Part shown: in pieces, positions 20,834 through 29,845 of the stretch
Position numbering within the stretch: the stretch's first letter is position 1
Layout of the letters: every line of letters starts with the position of its first letter
DNA from: a bacterium
Lineage (GTDB): Bacteria; Hinthialibacterota; Hinthialibacteria; Hinthialibacterales; Hinthialibacteraceae
NCBI GenBank assembly: GCA_963663405.2
Contig: CAXXSM010000140.1
Coordinates: 9,554-73,553, forward strand
DNA length: 64,000 nt
Reading direction: 5' to 3'
The notes under the pieces: model-generated
Database searches by the model: none
What the model saw: the letters and a program-made list of their open reading frames with translations, nothing else
What the model was told of the DNA's origin: nothing
Made by a program: the position numbers and the translations under genes

Positions 20834-21842
20834 ATGGTAACAAAAAATATGTATCTATTGTTGATTGCCGCTCTGCTATCAACCTTGCCAGCTTGGAGCC
20901 AGCCTAGACGGGACATGATATCCGATTCCGATGAGATTCGTCATCTGTCGACAATCCGGATGCGGGATGTGTGTATTCTTCCCGATCCAGCCACCGAAAC
21001 CTATTATATGGTTGGACCGGGAAGAAATAGCGTTCGCGTTTATACCAGCAAGGATCTTACAATGTGGCAGGGCCCCAAGACCATCTTCCGGACCCCGGAA
21101 GATATTTGGGGCGATATTCGCGTGATTGGTATTTGGGCGCCGGAATTGCACAAGTATAAAGGCAAATACTACTTGTTTCTTACATTTGACACTCGCAATA
21201 AATTTCCTGAACAATGGCGAAACTGGCTGCCCCGCGTTACGCGTGGCTCTCAAATCCTGGTTGCGGATCAGCCAACCGGCCCATTTACGCCTTTTGCCAG
21301 CCGGTCTACATTACCGCCGGATATGATGACACTCGATGGCACGCTTTGGGTTGAGGATGGAAAACCTTACATGGTTTTTTGCCATGAATGGGTTCAGATA
21401 ACGGACGGTACGATTGAATACATTCCACTAAAGGATGATCTTTCGGCGATCGATGGAGAATCCACACAACTTTTTCCGGGGCAGTTACGCGCCATGGGAA
21501 GTTGGCGGTGAACAGGGCCAGCATGTGACTGATGGCCCCTATCTCTATCAGAGCAAATCCGGAAAATTGTTTATGATTTGGTCCAGCTTTTCTCCCTTGT
21601 ATACAGTTGGGCTCGCGATCTCCGACTCTGGCAAACTCTCCGGCCCCTGGCGTCAGCAGGAAGAGCCGATTATTAATAAGGACACCGGACATGGGATGCT
21701 ATTCACGACCTTCGATGGAAGACTCATGATGGTTTTGCATTCACCCAATAACTTCGGAGCGCAACCACATATCTATGAAATGGAAGATACCGGCGAAACT
21801 CTGAAATTAATCAAGGAATTCACCGGTAAAGAGGAAAAATAA
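20834..21842 (+). CDS. Glycoside hydrolase family 43, secreted (one frameshift near 21475)
   Basis: MRDVCI, IWAPELH, TLDGTLW, FCHEWVQ, then after a frame change in the T run at 21471-21475: VTDGPYL, GHGMLF, LHSPN. Confidence 0.88.
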
Positions 21843-22048
21843 TTAAATCAGGCGATCCCTTTTTTCCAATATATGACTTTCCACAAGCATTTCCAACATA
21901 CTGTTTATCCGAGATCACCAAACATATCCGGGTTTTACCGATTAAAGACAGTATCTCAGAAAAAAAAGTTCATTATTGAAGGTATAGACATTATATCCTA
22001 ATCATTTTATATTCATTTTTGTATTATTTTATTGTATGGGGAGTATCA

Positions 22049-23893
22049 ATGATGAAGGTTTTTCCACCATGGGCCCTGAAAGCAGGGATCATTTTAGTTC
22101 TGATAATTTTGGTCGGCGCCGGGGGATTGTTGGCGTATCAAGCCCATCACAACGCGATACAAAACGCCTTGTTTGATGGCCCTTTCGAAGTGTGTGAACG
22201 AGAATCTCCTTCCTTTTATCCAAAAGTCAATTACAACACGGCTGAATATACCGCCGGAGAGAACGGGCATGGATCAAGCGAAATGTGGGGCGCGTCCAAG
22301 TTTTCAACGGAGTCCGACGCAGGAGAGATCGCTTGGGTGGATGGTGAAGCGCGGGATGAAGTCGAAGAGGCCATGCGGAAACATGCGGACCGGGTGAAAG
22401 AAAATTTAGATCTCACCCGCCTGCGGTACGCGTCTGTTTATAAAGATCGCCGTCCAAGCCAATCCCTCCAGATTGTCTTTCCCAATGATGGATCGATTTT
22501 TCCACCGAATCTATGCGCTCCCTATGTGTCGTGGGAAGATCCCACCAACACACTGTGGCAGGTGTGTGTTCAATTCAATGAGGAAAGCGAGCCATTGACG
22601 TTTATCACGTCAAAGAAAAGATGGCGGTTCCCAAAATCTCTCTGGCGCCAAATCTGTGAAAACGCAGGAGCGGATAAACCTTGTCTTTTCGTTAAAGGGA
22701 TCGAACTCGGTGAGTCAGGTCAAAAGAGTGGTTCCATCCAAGCGTCCGAAACGGTTCATTTCACAATCTCCAAGGATCCAGCGGATAACTACATTGTCTA
22801 CCGGCTTGTCGCGCCTCCATTCAGTTCGTACAAGACGCCCGATATTTATTCGCGGGATATTCGGGAAGATAAACCGAAAAGTTTTCTCTCTGCCCGCAGG
22901 CAGTATTGTTTAAATTGCCATAATTTCTCATCGAAACAGGGCCAGACGGGGAAACTGGCTCTGCAGGTCCGTAGCCTCGTCAAAGTGGAGAACAACCTGC
23001 CGACTTATTTAGCGATTTACGACATCGACAAACAAAAGGGTTTTAAAGTCCGTCTTCCCTTTGAAATTCAGATGACCACGTTCATGTCCTGGACTCGTGA
23101 TGGAAGTAAACTTGCATATTCCGCCAATCAAAAAGTCGCCGCCTTGAAGCCGATTGTTTTTGAAACTCAGCTGGCGGGAATGGCCACGTCGGATATCGCG
23201 ATTTATGACCTAGATAACAATGACACCTATCTTGTTCCGGGCGCGTCGGATCCGAATTTGCTGGAAATCTATCCTGAATGGTCGCCGGATGGGAGCCAGT
23301 TGATTTTCGCGCGCAGCCCAGTGGGAGATCATCCCGCGCATATTCTCTACGATCTCTGCATATTGGATTTGAATGGGGAAAACGAACCTGTGGCGCGGCC
23401 GATTGAAGGCGCCTCGAACAATTCCCGCAGTAATTTTTATCCGCATTATTCACCCGACGGCAAGTGGCTCTCCTTCTGTCAGAGTGATGGGGGGGATCTG
23501 ATCCGATCGTCCAGCGATATCTATCTCAAAGCGGCGGATCTAACCGGCCCCGCGCGGCGGTTGGAATTCAACGTAGACAGCGCCGCCGATTCGTGGCACA
23601 GCTGGAGTTCGAACAGCCGGTGGCTGGTTTTCGCTTCGAAACGTGAGGGGGGAGTCTACGCGTATCTCTATCTATCTCACATCGATGATGAAGGCCATGC
23701 GTCTCCAGCCATTCCTCTTCCGATCGAAGAAAGACCTTTGGCGAGTTTTAATATTCCAGAATTCGCCGCGCATCTGCCAACGATCCGGGAGAAGGAACTG
23801 TTCAACGCAATCCGGGTAGAGCCGGAGCCCCGTGAGGTTCATAAACGGGAATTCAGCAAAGGCGGCCGTCATGTCCAAGAAGAAAAAAGTTAA
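22049..23893 (+). CDS. Membrane-anchored TolB-like/PD40-repeat protein with a CxxCH motif
   Basis: N-terminal TM; YPEWSPDG, YPHYSPDG, SWHSWSSNSRWLVFASKR, SFNIPEF; CLNCH before the propeller. Start placed at ATG 22049 after GGGAG. Confidence 0.8.
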   Translation: MMKVFPPWALKAGIILVLIILVGAGGLLAYQAHHNAIQNALFDGPFEVCERESPSFYPKVNYNTAEYTAGENGHGSSEMWGASKFSTESDAGEIAWVDGEARDEVEEAMRKHADRVKENLDLTRLRYASVYKDRRPSQSLQIVFPNDGSIFPPNLCAPYVSWEDPTNTLWQVCVQFNEESEPLTFITSKKRWRFPKSLWRQICENAGADKPCLFVKGIELGESGQKSGSIQASETVHFTISKDPADNYIVYRLVAPPFSSYKTPDIYSRDIREDKPKSFLSARRQYCLNCHNFSSKQGQTGKLALQVRSLVKVENNLPTYLAIYDIDKQKGFKVRLPFEIQMTTFMSWTRDGSKLAYSANQKVAALKPIVFETQLAGMATSDIAIYDLDNNDTYLVPGASDPNLLEIYPEWSPDGSQLIFARSPVGDHPAHILYDLCILDLNGENEPVARPIEGASNNSRSNFYPHYSPDGKWLSFCQSDGGDLIRSSSDIYLKAADLTGPARRLEFNVDSAADSWHSWSSNSRWLVFASKREGGVYAYLYLSHIDDEGHASPAIPLPIEERPLASFNIPEFAAHLPTIREKELFNAIRVEPEPREVHKREFSKGGRHVQEEKS

Positions 23894-26849
23894 AAATCCC
23901 CATCCATCGGTTCCTCGGAATCAATGGAGCATGTGGAAAACCGCGCAAAAATATCCCTGGTTGTGGGCTATTTTATGGCTCGGAATTGTCTTACCCGCTG
24001 TCTATTATCCCACGTTCAACGCGCCTACATTGATTCTTCATGAAGAAAGCGCGCTTCGATTCCCGTTGCTTTCTCATGCGGGCAATATACCATATATTTT
24101 TACCCGCGATTTCCTGCTTTATACCGCCGGGCAATACCGTCCGTTGAGCTACGCCCTGCTGGCCATCGTGCGAAGCGTTGTTCCCGTCGAGAACGTTCTC
24201 TTCTGGCATCTCTGGTTGATGAGTTTTCATTTTATAAACGCATTGCTGGTCTTTGCGATCGTCCGGTATTTTACGCCTCGATTGTTTACGGGATTACTCG
24301 CCGCCTCCGTCTTTGCGCTGCATCCTCTTGGGACGGTTATGGTGAACGATATCAATCAGTTTCATATCATCCTTGGATTGACTCTTTGCTTGAGTTCTAT
24401 AAACGCATATATCCAATTTACAAAGCGGGGTGGTTGGATCTATTACGCCTTGTCGATCGCTCTCTTTTTTCTCGCATTGTTTACAGCCCGGTATGCGTTC
24501 GCTGTTGGAATGATCCTGCTTGCGTACGATCTCTTTTACGAGCGGACCGGTTTGAAACGCGCCGCTGTCCGGTTGATCCCGTTTGGATTGCTCCCCCTTG
24601 CATTCGCTCCTCTCTTATTCATGACAACACCGCATCCGTTGCACTTTAAGTATGTGCAAATGCATGCAGGATCGCTCTGGCATGGTTTTTATTCAATCAC
24701 CGGCGCTTCAGGATTTTTCGCAGGGGCTTTTCTTCTGGGGGCAAAGATACCTGTAATTCTTCATGAAACCGTCGTGCAGATTTATAACTGGTCGAATATG
24801 CGGTTTCTCTTGTGGATCATGTTTGACGGTCTCCTATTCGCTTTAGCGATATGGGCCTTGATTCGTAAGCGGTGGGCCGCTTTCGGTGTGGTGATTCTTT
24901 TCCTTGGGATGGTCCCATACGCGTCGGTGGCGTATAACCAGGTTGTTGATTATGTTTCTTGGGTGTACTTGTATTTGCCCTTAGTTGGATTCGCTTTGAT
25001 CGTGGGTGGATTGAGCGATCTTCTTAGTGGATGGTTGCAGCGGCGGTTTTTGAGGATCGCTGTACAGGTCATATTTATCGGCTCCGTGTTGTTTTGGGGA
25101 GTGAAAACCATCCAGTTGAATCAATACGCGCGGACACCGCAAACGTATTGGAATCATGTATGGGAACTTAATCCCAATGGTCAAATCGCCTTGATTAATG
25201 TTGGGAAAAATTATCTCGAAAACAATCAGCTGCCACACGCTCTGCATCACTTTTTCGCGCCGATGATTAAGGATTTAAAAGAGCCCTGTCTGACGATGGC
25301 CCGTTATTACTGTGAGAAGGGTGATTTTCTCGCTTCCGCCATCCATATGCGTTTTGGGTCGGGGGAAAAATCGACAGGCGTTGTTCTTGAAACCCAGTGT
25401 GTAACGGCGGCGGATCTATTGGCCGCAGCGGGAGCGCCGGATCATGCGGAAGAGAATTTGGGAAAAGCCTTAATGGTGAATCCATACAATACGGCTGCGA
25501 TGGCTCGTTTGGCGGAGGTCTGGTTCCTTAAAGGATTTGTCAGTGAAGCCAGGCGGATGTTAGATCGAGTGCGCGTGTTTTCTCCAAACGACAAGTATGC
25601 CGAAGCGATCGAGAAGAAATTTCAGGATTACGAACAACGGCTGCTGAAAGGCGAAAAAGCCCAAACGGTCGATCCACCCTCACCGGATTGGTTAAACTAC
25701 GTCTTGAAACAGCAGCGAAGCGCCGAGATGCGCCGCCGGATTATCGATCTTAGCTATAGGTCCGATCCAAACGACGCTGTGATTCAACTCGAAGCGGTGA
25801 TCTCATTGATAGAAAATGGGCAGTATGAAGAAGCGGCGCAAAAATCAGGAAATGTTTTTAAATGTTTGAACGGATACGCCTTCGCATGCTGCGCCGTATG
25901 CGAGGCCTTGGCGCGCGGCGGCGATGTGGAACGGGCGATTCAAATTGGTCATCGCGCGGTGACTTTGGATTCGCAAAGTGAGTTGGCGTGGAAGTGTTTG
26001 GCCATCGCCTACGCGCAAAAAGGAGTAATCGATGAACAAACCCAATCATTTATCAAAATGATTGAAAAAAATCCCCCTCTCGCGTCAATGTTTTTCTATA
26101 ATCTTGGATTACAGAATATTAATAAAGGACAACATAAAGAAGCGGCTGATTTATTGGACCGCGCTGTGAAAGCGGAACCCGCCAACATCGAAGCGCAACG
26201 CGCGCTTGGTCAATGTCTTTTGGAACTCAACCAATCCAAACAGGCGATTGCTGTCTTGAAGGAATCGCTGAAGATCAAGGCCGATGATCCCAATACCCAC
26301 ATGCGCTTAGGGCGCGCGCTGATGGCGCAGAATCAAGTAGAGGAAGGAATTCGAGCGTTACGGACAGCGGTTCAATTAGATCCGAAAAATCCTCTTAACC
26401 ATTACTACTTGGGTTTGGCGCTCGACGCTCGGAAGAATTACGAAGAATCCATGAAAGAATACCGCCGCGCCGTCCAATTAAATCCAAATTTCTCCAACGC
26501 CCATTTCAAACTGGGCAATTGTTATTTTCGAAAAAAACAGTATTCTCAAGCGGGCGCCGAATATCAGCGAACGGTTGAAATCAATACAAAATTCCAAAAC
26601 GCGCATTTGAATTTGGGAGCGATTTATCAATTGCAAGGATTAAATGACGACGCTGTTCGTGAATATGAGGAAGAATTGAAAAATTTCCCCCAATTCGCCG
26701 AACCGTATAACCGTATCATTCTTATTTACTGTAAACAAGAAGAATTCGAGAAAGCGAAAGACGCCGCGAGCCGCGCGGCTGAACAGGGAGTTGCGATCTC
26801 ACCGGAAGCGATAAGCGCGCTACAAACTGAAGATCAATCACATGAGTAG
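23871..26849 (+). CDS. GT-C-fold (TMTC-like) membrane glycosyltransferase-like protein with C-terminal TPR repeats
   Basis: YRPLSY and FALHPL motifs, about 11 TM segments, YLYLPLVG, followed by many TPRs (e.g. HYYLGLAL, HFKLGNCY, HLNLGAIY). Start ATG 23871 overlaps the upstream gene. Confidence 0.82.
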   Translation: MSKKKKVKNPHPSVPRNQWSMWKTAQKYPWLWAILWLGIVLPAVYYPTFNAPTLILHEESALRFPLLSHAGNIPYIFTRDFLLYTAGQYRPLSYALLAIVRSVVPVENVLFWHLWLMSFHFINALLVFAIVRYFTPRLFTGLLAASVFALHPLGTVMVNDINQFHIILGLTLCLSSINAYIQFTKRGGWIYYALSIALFFLALFTARYAFAVGMILLAYDLFYERTGLKRAAVRLIPFGLLPLAFAPLLFMTTPHPLHFKYVQMHAGSLWHGFYSITGASGFFAGAFLLGAKIPVILHETVVQIYNWSNMRFLLWIMFDGLLFALAIWALIRKRWAAFGVVILFLGMVPYASVAYNQVVDYVSWVYLYLPLVGFALIVGGLSDLLSGWLQRRFLRIAVQVIFIGSVLFWGVKTIQLNQYARTPQTYWNHVWELNPNGQIALINVGKNYLENNQLPHALHHFFAPMIKDLKEPCLTMARYYCEKGDFLASAIHMRFGSGEKSTGVVLETQCVTAADLLAAAGAPDHAEENLGKALMVNPYNTAAMARLAEVWFLKGFVSEARRMLDRVRVFSPNDKYAEAIEKKFQDYEQRLLKGEKAQTVDPPSPDWLNYVLKQQRSAEMRRRIIDLSYRSDPNDAVIQLEAVISLIENGQYEEAAQKSGNVFKCLNGYAFACCAVCEALARGGDVERAIQIGHRAVTLDSQSELAWKCLAIAYAQKGVIDEQTQSFIKMIEKNPPLASMFFYNLGLQNINKGQHKEAADLLDRAVKAEPANIEAQRALGQCLLELNQSKQAIAVLKESLKIKADDPNTHMRLGRALMAQNQVEEGIRALRTAVQLDPKNPLNHYYLGLALDARKNYEESMKEYRRAVQLNPNFSNAHFKLGNCYFRKKQYSQAGAEYQRTVEINTKFQNAHLNLGAIYQLQGLNDDAVREYEEELKNFPQFAEPYNRIILIYCKQEEFEKAKDAASRAAEQGVAISPEAISALQTEDQSHE

Positions 26850-26860
26850 TCTGTATATGA

Positions 26861-28147
26861 TCACTCAATATTCAATCCCATCTCAACCTTCCCATTGGTC
26901 TTGTTTTCGATTTTCGCTCCACCAGGGAAATGATTTCCGAAAATGGACGCGGCCTGGACACCGCTTTTTAATTGAATGTGATTCTTACTTTCATCGATGA
27001 ATTCACAGCCGTTGACGATCATTTTGCCACCTTCCACGATGATAGCTGGAGTTTCGGGATTCTGTCTCGCCCATCCCTCAAAGTGACAGGATGTAAAGAT
27101 TACCGTTCCCGATCCATCAATTTTGGCGTGATAATCCGTGGTTCCCATTCCCCAGAATCCACAGTTTGAGAATTTGACTGGGCCGCGATTTGTCTTGTTA
27201 ATTTCAATACCAGCCATCATCTGACAGTTTGAAAACGCCAGGCCGGCGTGACGCTGGGAGGCGTCTACACGGACCGCCACCGGGCCGATATCGGATCCGC
27301 ATTGCGTCAAGACAACGTTAGGATCTCCTGCCTCCGTGTGGACAAAGTGAAAACCAATTTTCGGGAAAATTACGAAACAATTGACCATGTATTCCCAATC
27401 GGTTTTTCCAATCCGAAAGCCAACTAAATTCTCCGGTAGGTATTTTAGCAATATGTTCCATTCTTCGCTTCCTTCGTTTGGGGGATTGGGGATGGCGGCG
27501 CGCGCCCAGGCGTGGGGATTGAAATGGACGTTCTCAATCCGTCCGATATCCGTGGTTTGGTTGATGAATATCCCTTCACGAAGCGGACAACCGAAGACGT
27601 TTCGGATGGTATGGAGTTCACATTGCTGGGTTCCAAGATCAATGGCGCGGTATGGATTGACTAACGTCACATCGATGACGCTGCAAAACATGCCCTGTCC
27701 ACGGATCGTCCAGGGATAGGGTTGAATCGATCGAACATCTTGTTCCGGATAAAAGATCGTCATCCCTTTTAGGCAACTGCTTTGCTGCAGTGTGATAAAA
27801 GGCTCTCCCTCTTCTTTCCCTTTTCCCGCGAGAACGAATAATTGACTCCCCCGGCCAATATCCGCATGATGCATGGATTCCCATACGCCGCGCAAAGTAA
27901 CGCCGGGTGGAATCACTATACGCTCTTTGAAGAGATACTGGCCCGATGGCACGGCGGTCACGCCACCCCCTTTTTCCGCGGTGTAATCCAGCGCTTTCTG
28001 GAACGCTTCAGCGCAATCCGTTTTTCCATCCGCTTTGGCGCCATGATCGAGAACCGACGTAATTACCAGCGGATCTGGGGCGGCGTTCGTTTCGATTCCT
28101 GTGTATAGACACAGCCAAATCAGCATTAGAATGATGGTTCGTTTCAT
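26861..28147 (-). CDS. Secreted right-handed beta-helix carbohydrate-active enzyme (pectate-lyase superfamily / GH55-like)
   Basis: SVLDHGAKADGKTDCAEAFQKAL, VPSGQY, GVTLRG, DIGRIENVHF; signal peptide. Confidence 0.82.
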   Translation of the reverse strand: MKRTIILMLIWLCLYTGIETNAAPDPLVITSVLDHGAKADGKTDCAEAFQKALDYTAEKGGGVTAVPSGQYLFKERIVIPPGVTLRGVWESMHHADIGRGSQLFVLAGKGKEEGEPFITLQQSSCLKGMTIFYPEQDVRSIQPYPWTIRGQGMFCSVIDVTLVNPYRAIDLGTQQCELHTIRNVFGCPLREGIFINQTTDIGRIENVHFNPHAWARAAIPNPPNEGSEEWNILLKYLPENLVGFRIGKTDWEYMVNCFVIFPKIGFHFVHTEAGDPNVVLTQCGSDIGPVAVRVDASQRHAGLAFSNCQMMAGIEINKTNRGPVKFSNCGFWGMGTTDYHAKIDGSGTVIFTSCHFEGWARQNPETPAIIVEGGKMIVNGCEFIDESKNHIQLKSGVQAASIFGNHFPGGAKIENKTNGKVEMGLNIE

Positions 28148-28328
28148 CCATACCTCCCATAGTTCTTTTAATAGTAGTAAGATCGATCGATAGAGATTAC
28201 AACTGAAATAGGTTTCGATTCAAGAAACCTGTGATTTGGAAGAAACACTGACCGAATTTTATACTCGTCTTTTGCGGTGATTTGGTTGCGCTTTTTTATA
28301 ATTATCTTGCAGAAAAGGAAATTAAAAA

Positions 28329-29510
28329 ATGAGCCAACGAATAAGGTTTTGGACCGGATTGGTGTTGGGCATGTTCGCGTTAAGCGCTTCAGCGCAGACG
28401 GTGATCTTCGAGGATGATTTCAGTAGTGATTCGTCCGCCTCGTACACCCATTTTTCTTACCCCGCGCCGGAGAATACGCTGATTGATTTTCAGTACGCAT
28501 ATCAGGATATTCTCAACGGATATGGAGAAACGATCCCTGTCTCGCCCAACACGCAGGACAGTGATCTCACGGCTCTGCTGGTATCATGCAATATTCTGGA
28601 TACTCCAGACAATGTGAATTCGTTTGTCGGTGTGTATATCGATCAAGTGTTCGCGGGTGATTATCAAGTTGTCTTTGATTTTTACTGCAATGTTATGGAT
28701 AGTGGGACGGGCACCACCAACCGGATTTCCGCCGGGATCAATCACAGCGGAGAAAAGATGGTGAATACCTACAATTCGGGGTACGACGCCAAAGGCGGTT
28801 ATACAACAGAAGATCTTCAAAATACAGATGGTTACATGTTCGGTATGTCATTTGATGAGGGGGATGGCGGCACATTTAAGGACTATCAATTCACCGAAGG
28901 AACACCGGGGATTGATGATAATCAATTGGGCGTCACACCGGGGAATGAGGCCGAGGAAATTCCCGCCGTTCTTCCGGATTACGCGCCGAAGTGGTTTTCC
29001 AATGAGATTCGTGAAGATTTAAGCGAGATTTCTGTCGTGGGCTGGCAGGGAGGCGATCACCGGTCGGATACGGTTCTGGATGAATATGTCTCTCCTACGG
29101 CGGTGACCGGCGAATTGTTTAACGTTCTATTCTCGAATGAATTTGGGAATCCTCCCGCTCTGTTCGCCGGGGCTCCGGGACTGGCGTGGCATACAATGCG
29201 GATCGATTATATCGATGGAATCGTTACGGTGTGGATCAAAAGCAGTACAATTGACGAATTCGCTTTTGAAGATTTTGACTGGATCGTTCATGATGACGAT
29301 GGATTCGTGAAAATCGTGGAATACGACGATCCGGACGACACCTATACGTCGGGCAAGGTTTATTTAGGCATGGAAGATGTATGGAGTTCCGCATGGGGCG
29401 CGCCCAGCAATCCAGACGCGCCACGCCTGCAATTTGTTCTCTATGACAATATCCAGATTATCCAGATCGGTGAACCACCGGTCGATGTGGATCACTGGGC
29501 TCTCTATTAG
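28329..29510 (+). CDS. Acidic secreted protein, likely ConA/LamG-like beta-sandwich, C-terminal ...VDHWALY tail
   Basis: Signal peptide ending ASA/Q; IFEDDFS start, WHTMRIDY, SGKVYLG, FVLYDNI; very Asp/Glu-rich. Confidence 0.7.
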   Translation: MSQRIRFWTGLVLGMFALSASAQTVIFEDDFSSDSSASYTHFSYPAPENTLIDFQYAYQDILNGYGETIPVSPNTQDSDLTALLVSCNILDTPDNVNSFVGVYIDQVFAGDYQVVFDFYCNVMDSGTGTTNRISAGINHSGEKMVNTYNSGYDAKGGYTTEDLQNTDGYMFGMSFDEGDGGTFKDYQFTEGTPGIDDNQLGVTPGNEAEEIPAVLPDYAPKWFSNEIREDLSEISVVGWQGGDHRSDTVLDEYVSPTAVTGELFNVLFSNEFGNPPALFAGAPGLAWHTMRIDYIDGIVTVWIKSSTIDEFAFEDFDWIVHDDDGFVKIVEYDDPDDTYTSGKVYLGMEDVWSSAWGAPSNPDAPRLQFVLYDNIQIIQIGEPPVDVDHWALY

Positions 29511-29561
29511 CCGGATATACTTTCAATTAGGTCTATTTTAACAGAAAATTCATAGCGGGCA

Positions 29562-29589
29562 TTGACAGAAAACGCGGGCGAAATACCAT
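29562..29589 (+). promoter_or_regulatory. Sigma70-type promoter of tRNA-Gln
   Basis: TTGACA (29562-29567), 16-bp spacer, TACCAT (29584-29589), 20 bp upstream of the tRNA. Confidence 0.6.
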
Positions 29590-29609
29590 ACTATTTATTC
29601 ACCAGATTC

Positions 29610-29683
29610 TGGGGAGTAGACGAATTGGTAAAGTCACCGGTCTTTGGCACCGGGATCTGCAGGTTCGAGTCCTGCCTCCCCAG
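29610..29683 (+). tRNA. trnQ: tRNA-Gln (UUG)
   Basis: Acceptor stem TGGGGAG/CTCCCCA, D arm GAC/GTC with TGG, anticodon stem CCGGT/ACCGG with loop CT-TTG-GC, T arm GCAGG-TTCGAGT-CCTGC, discriminator G. CCA is not encoded (CAA follows). Confidence 0.96.
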
Positions 29684-29845
29684 CAAATAATCCTTCCTAT
29701 CTCATTATCCCTTCTTAATTTATTGTTGGTTTAAAAAATGATTCGATGTTTTTATCCTGATTAGAATGAAGCAAGGGGATGATGTTTTATCTTGGCGAGT
29801 GTCAAAGGATGGAATGGCAGGGAATCATTGATTTATCATTGAAAA

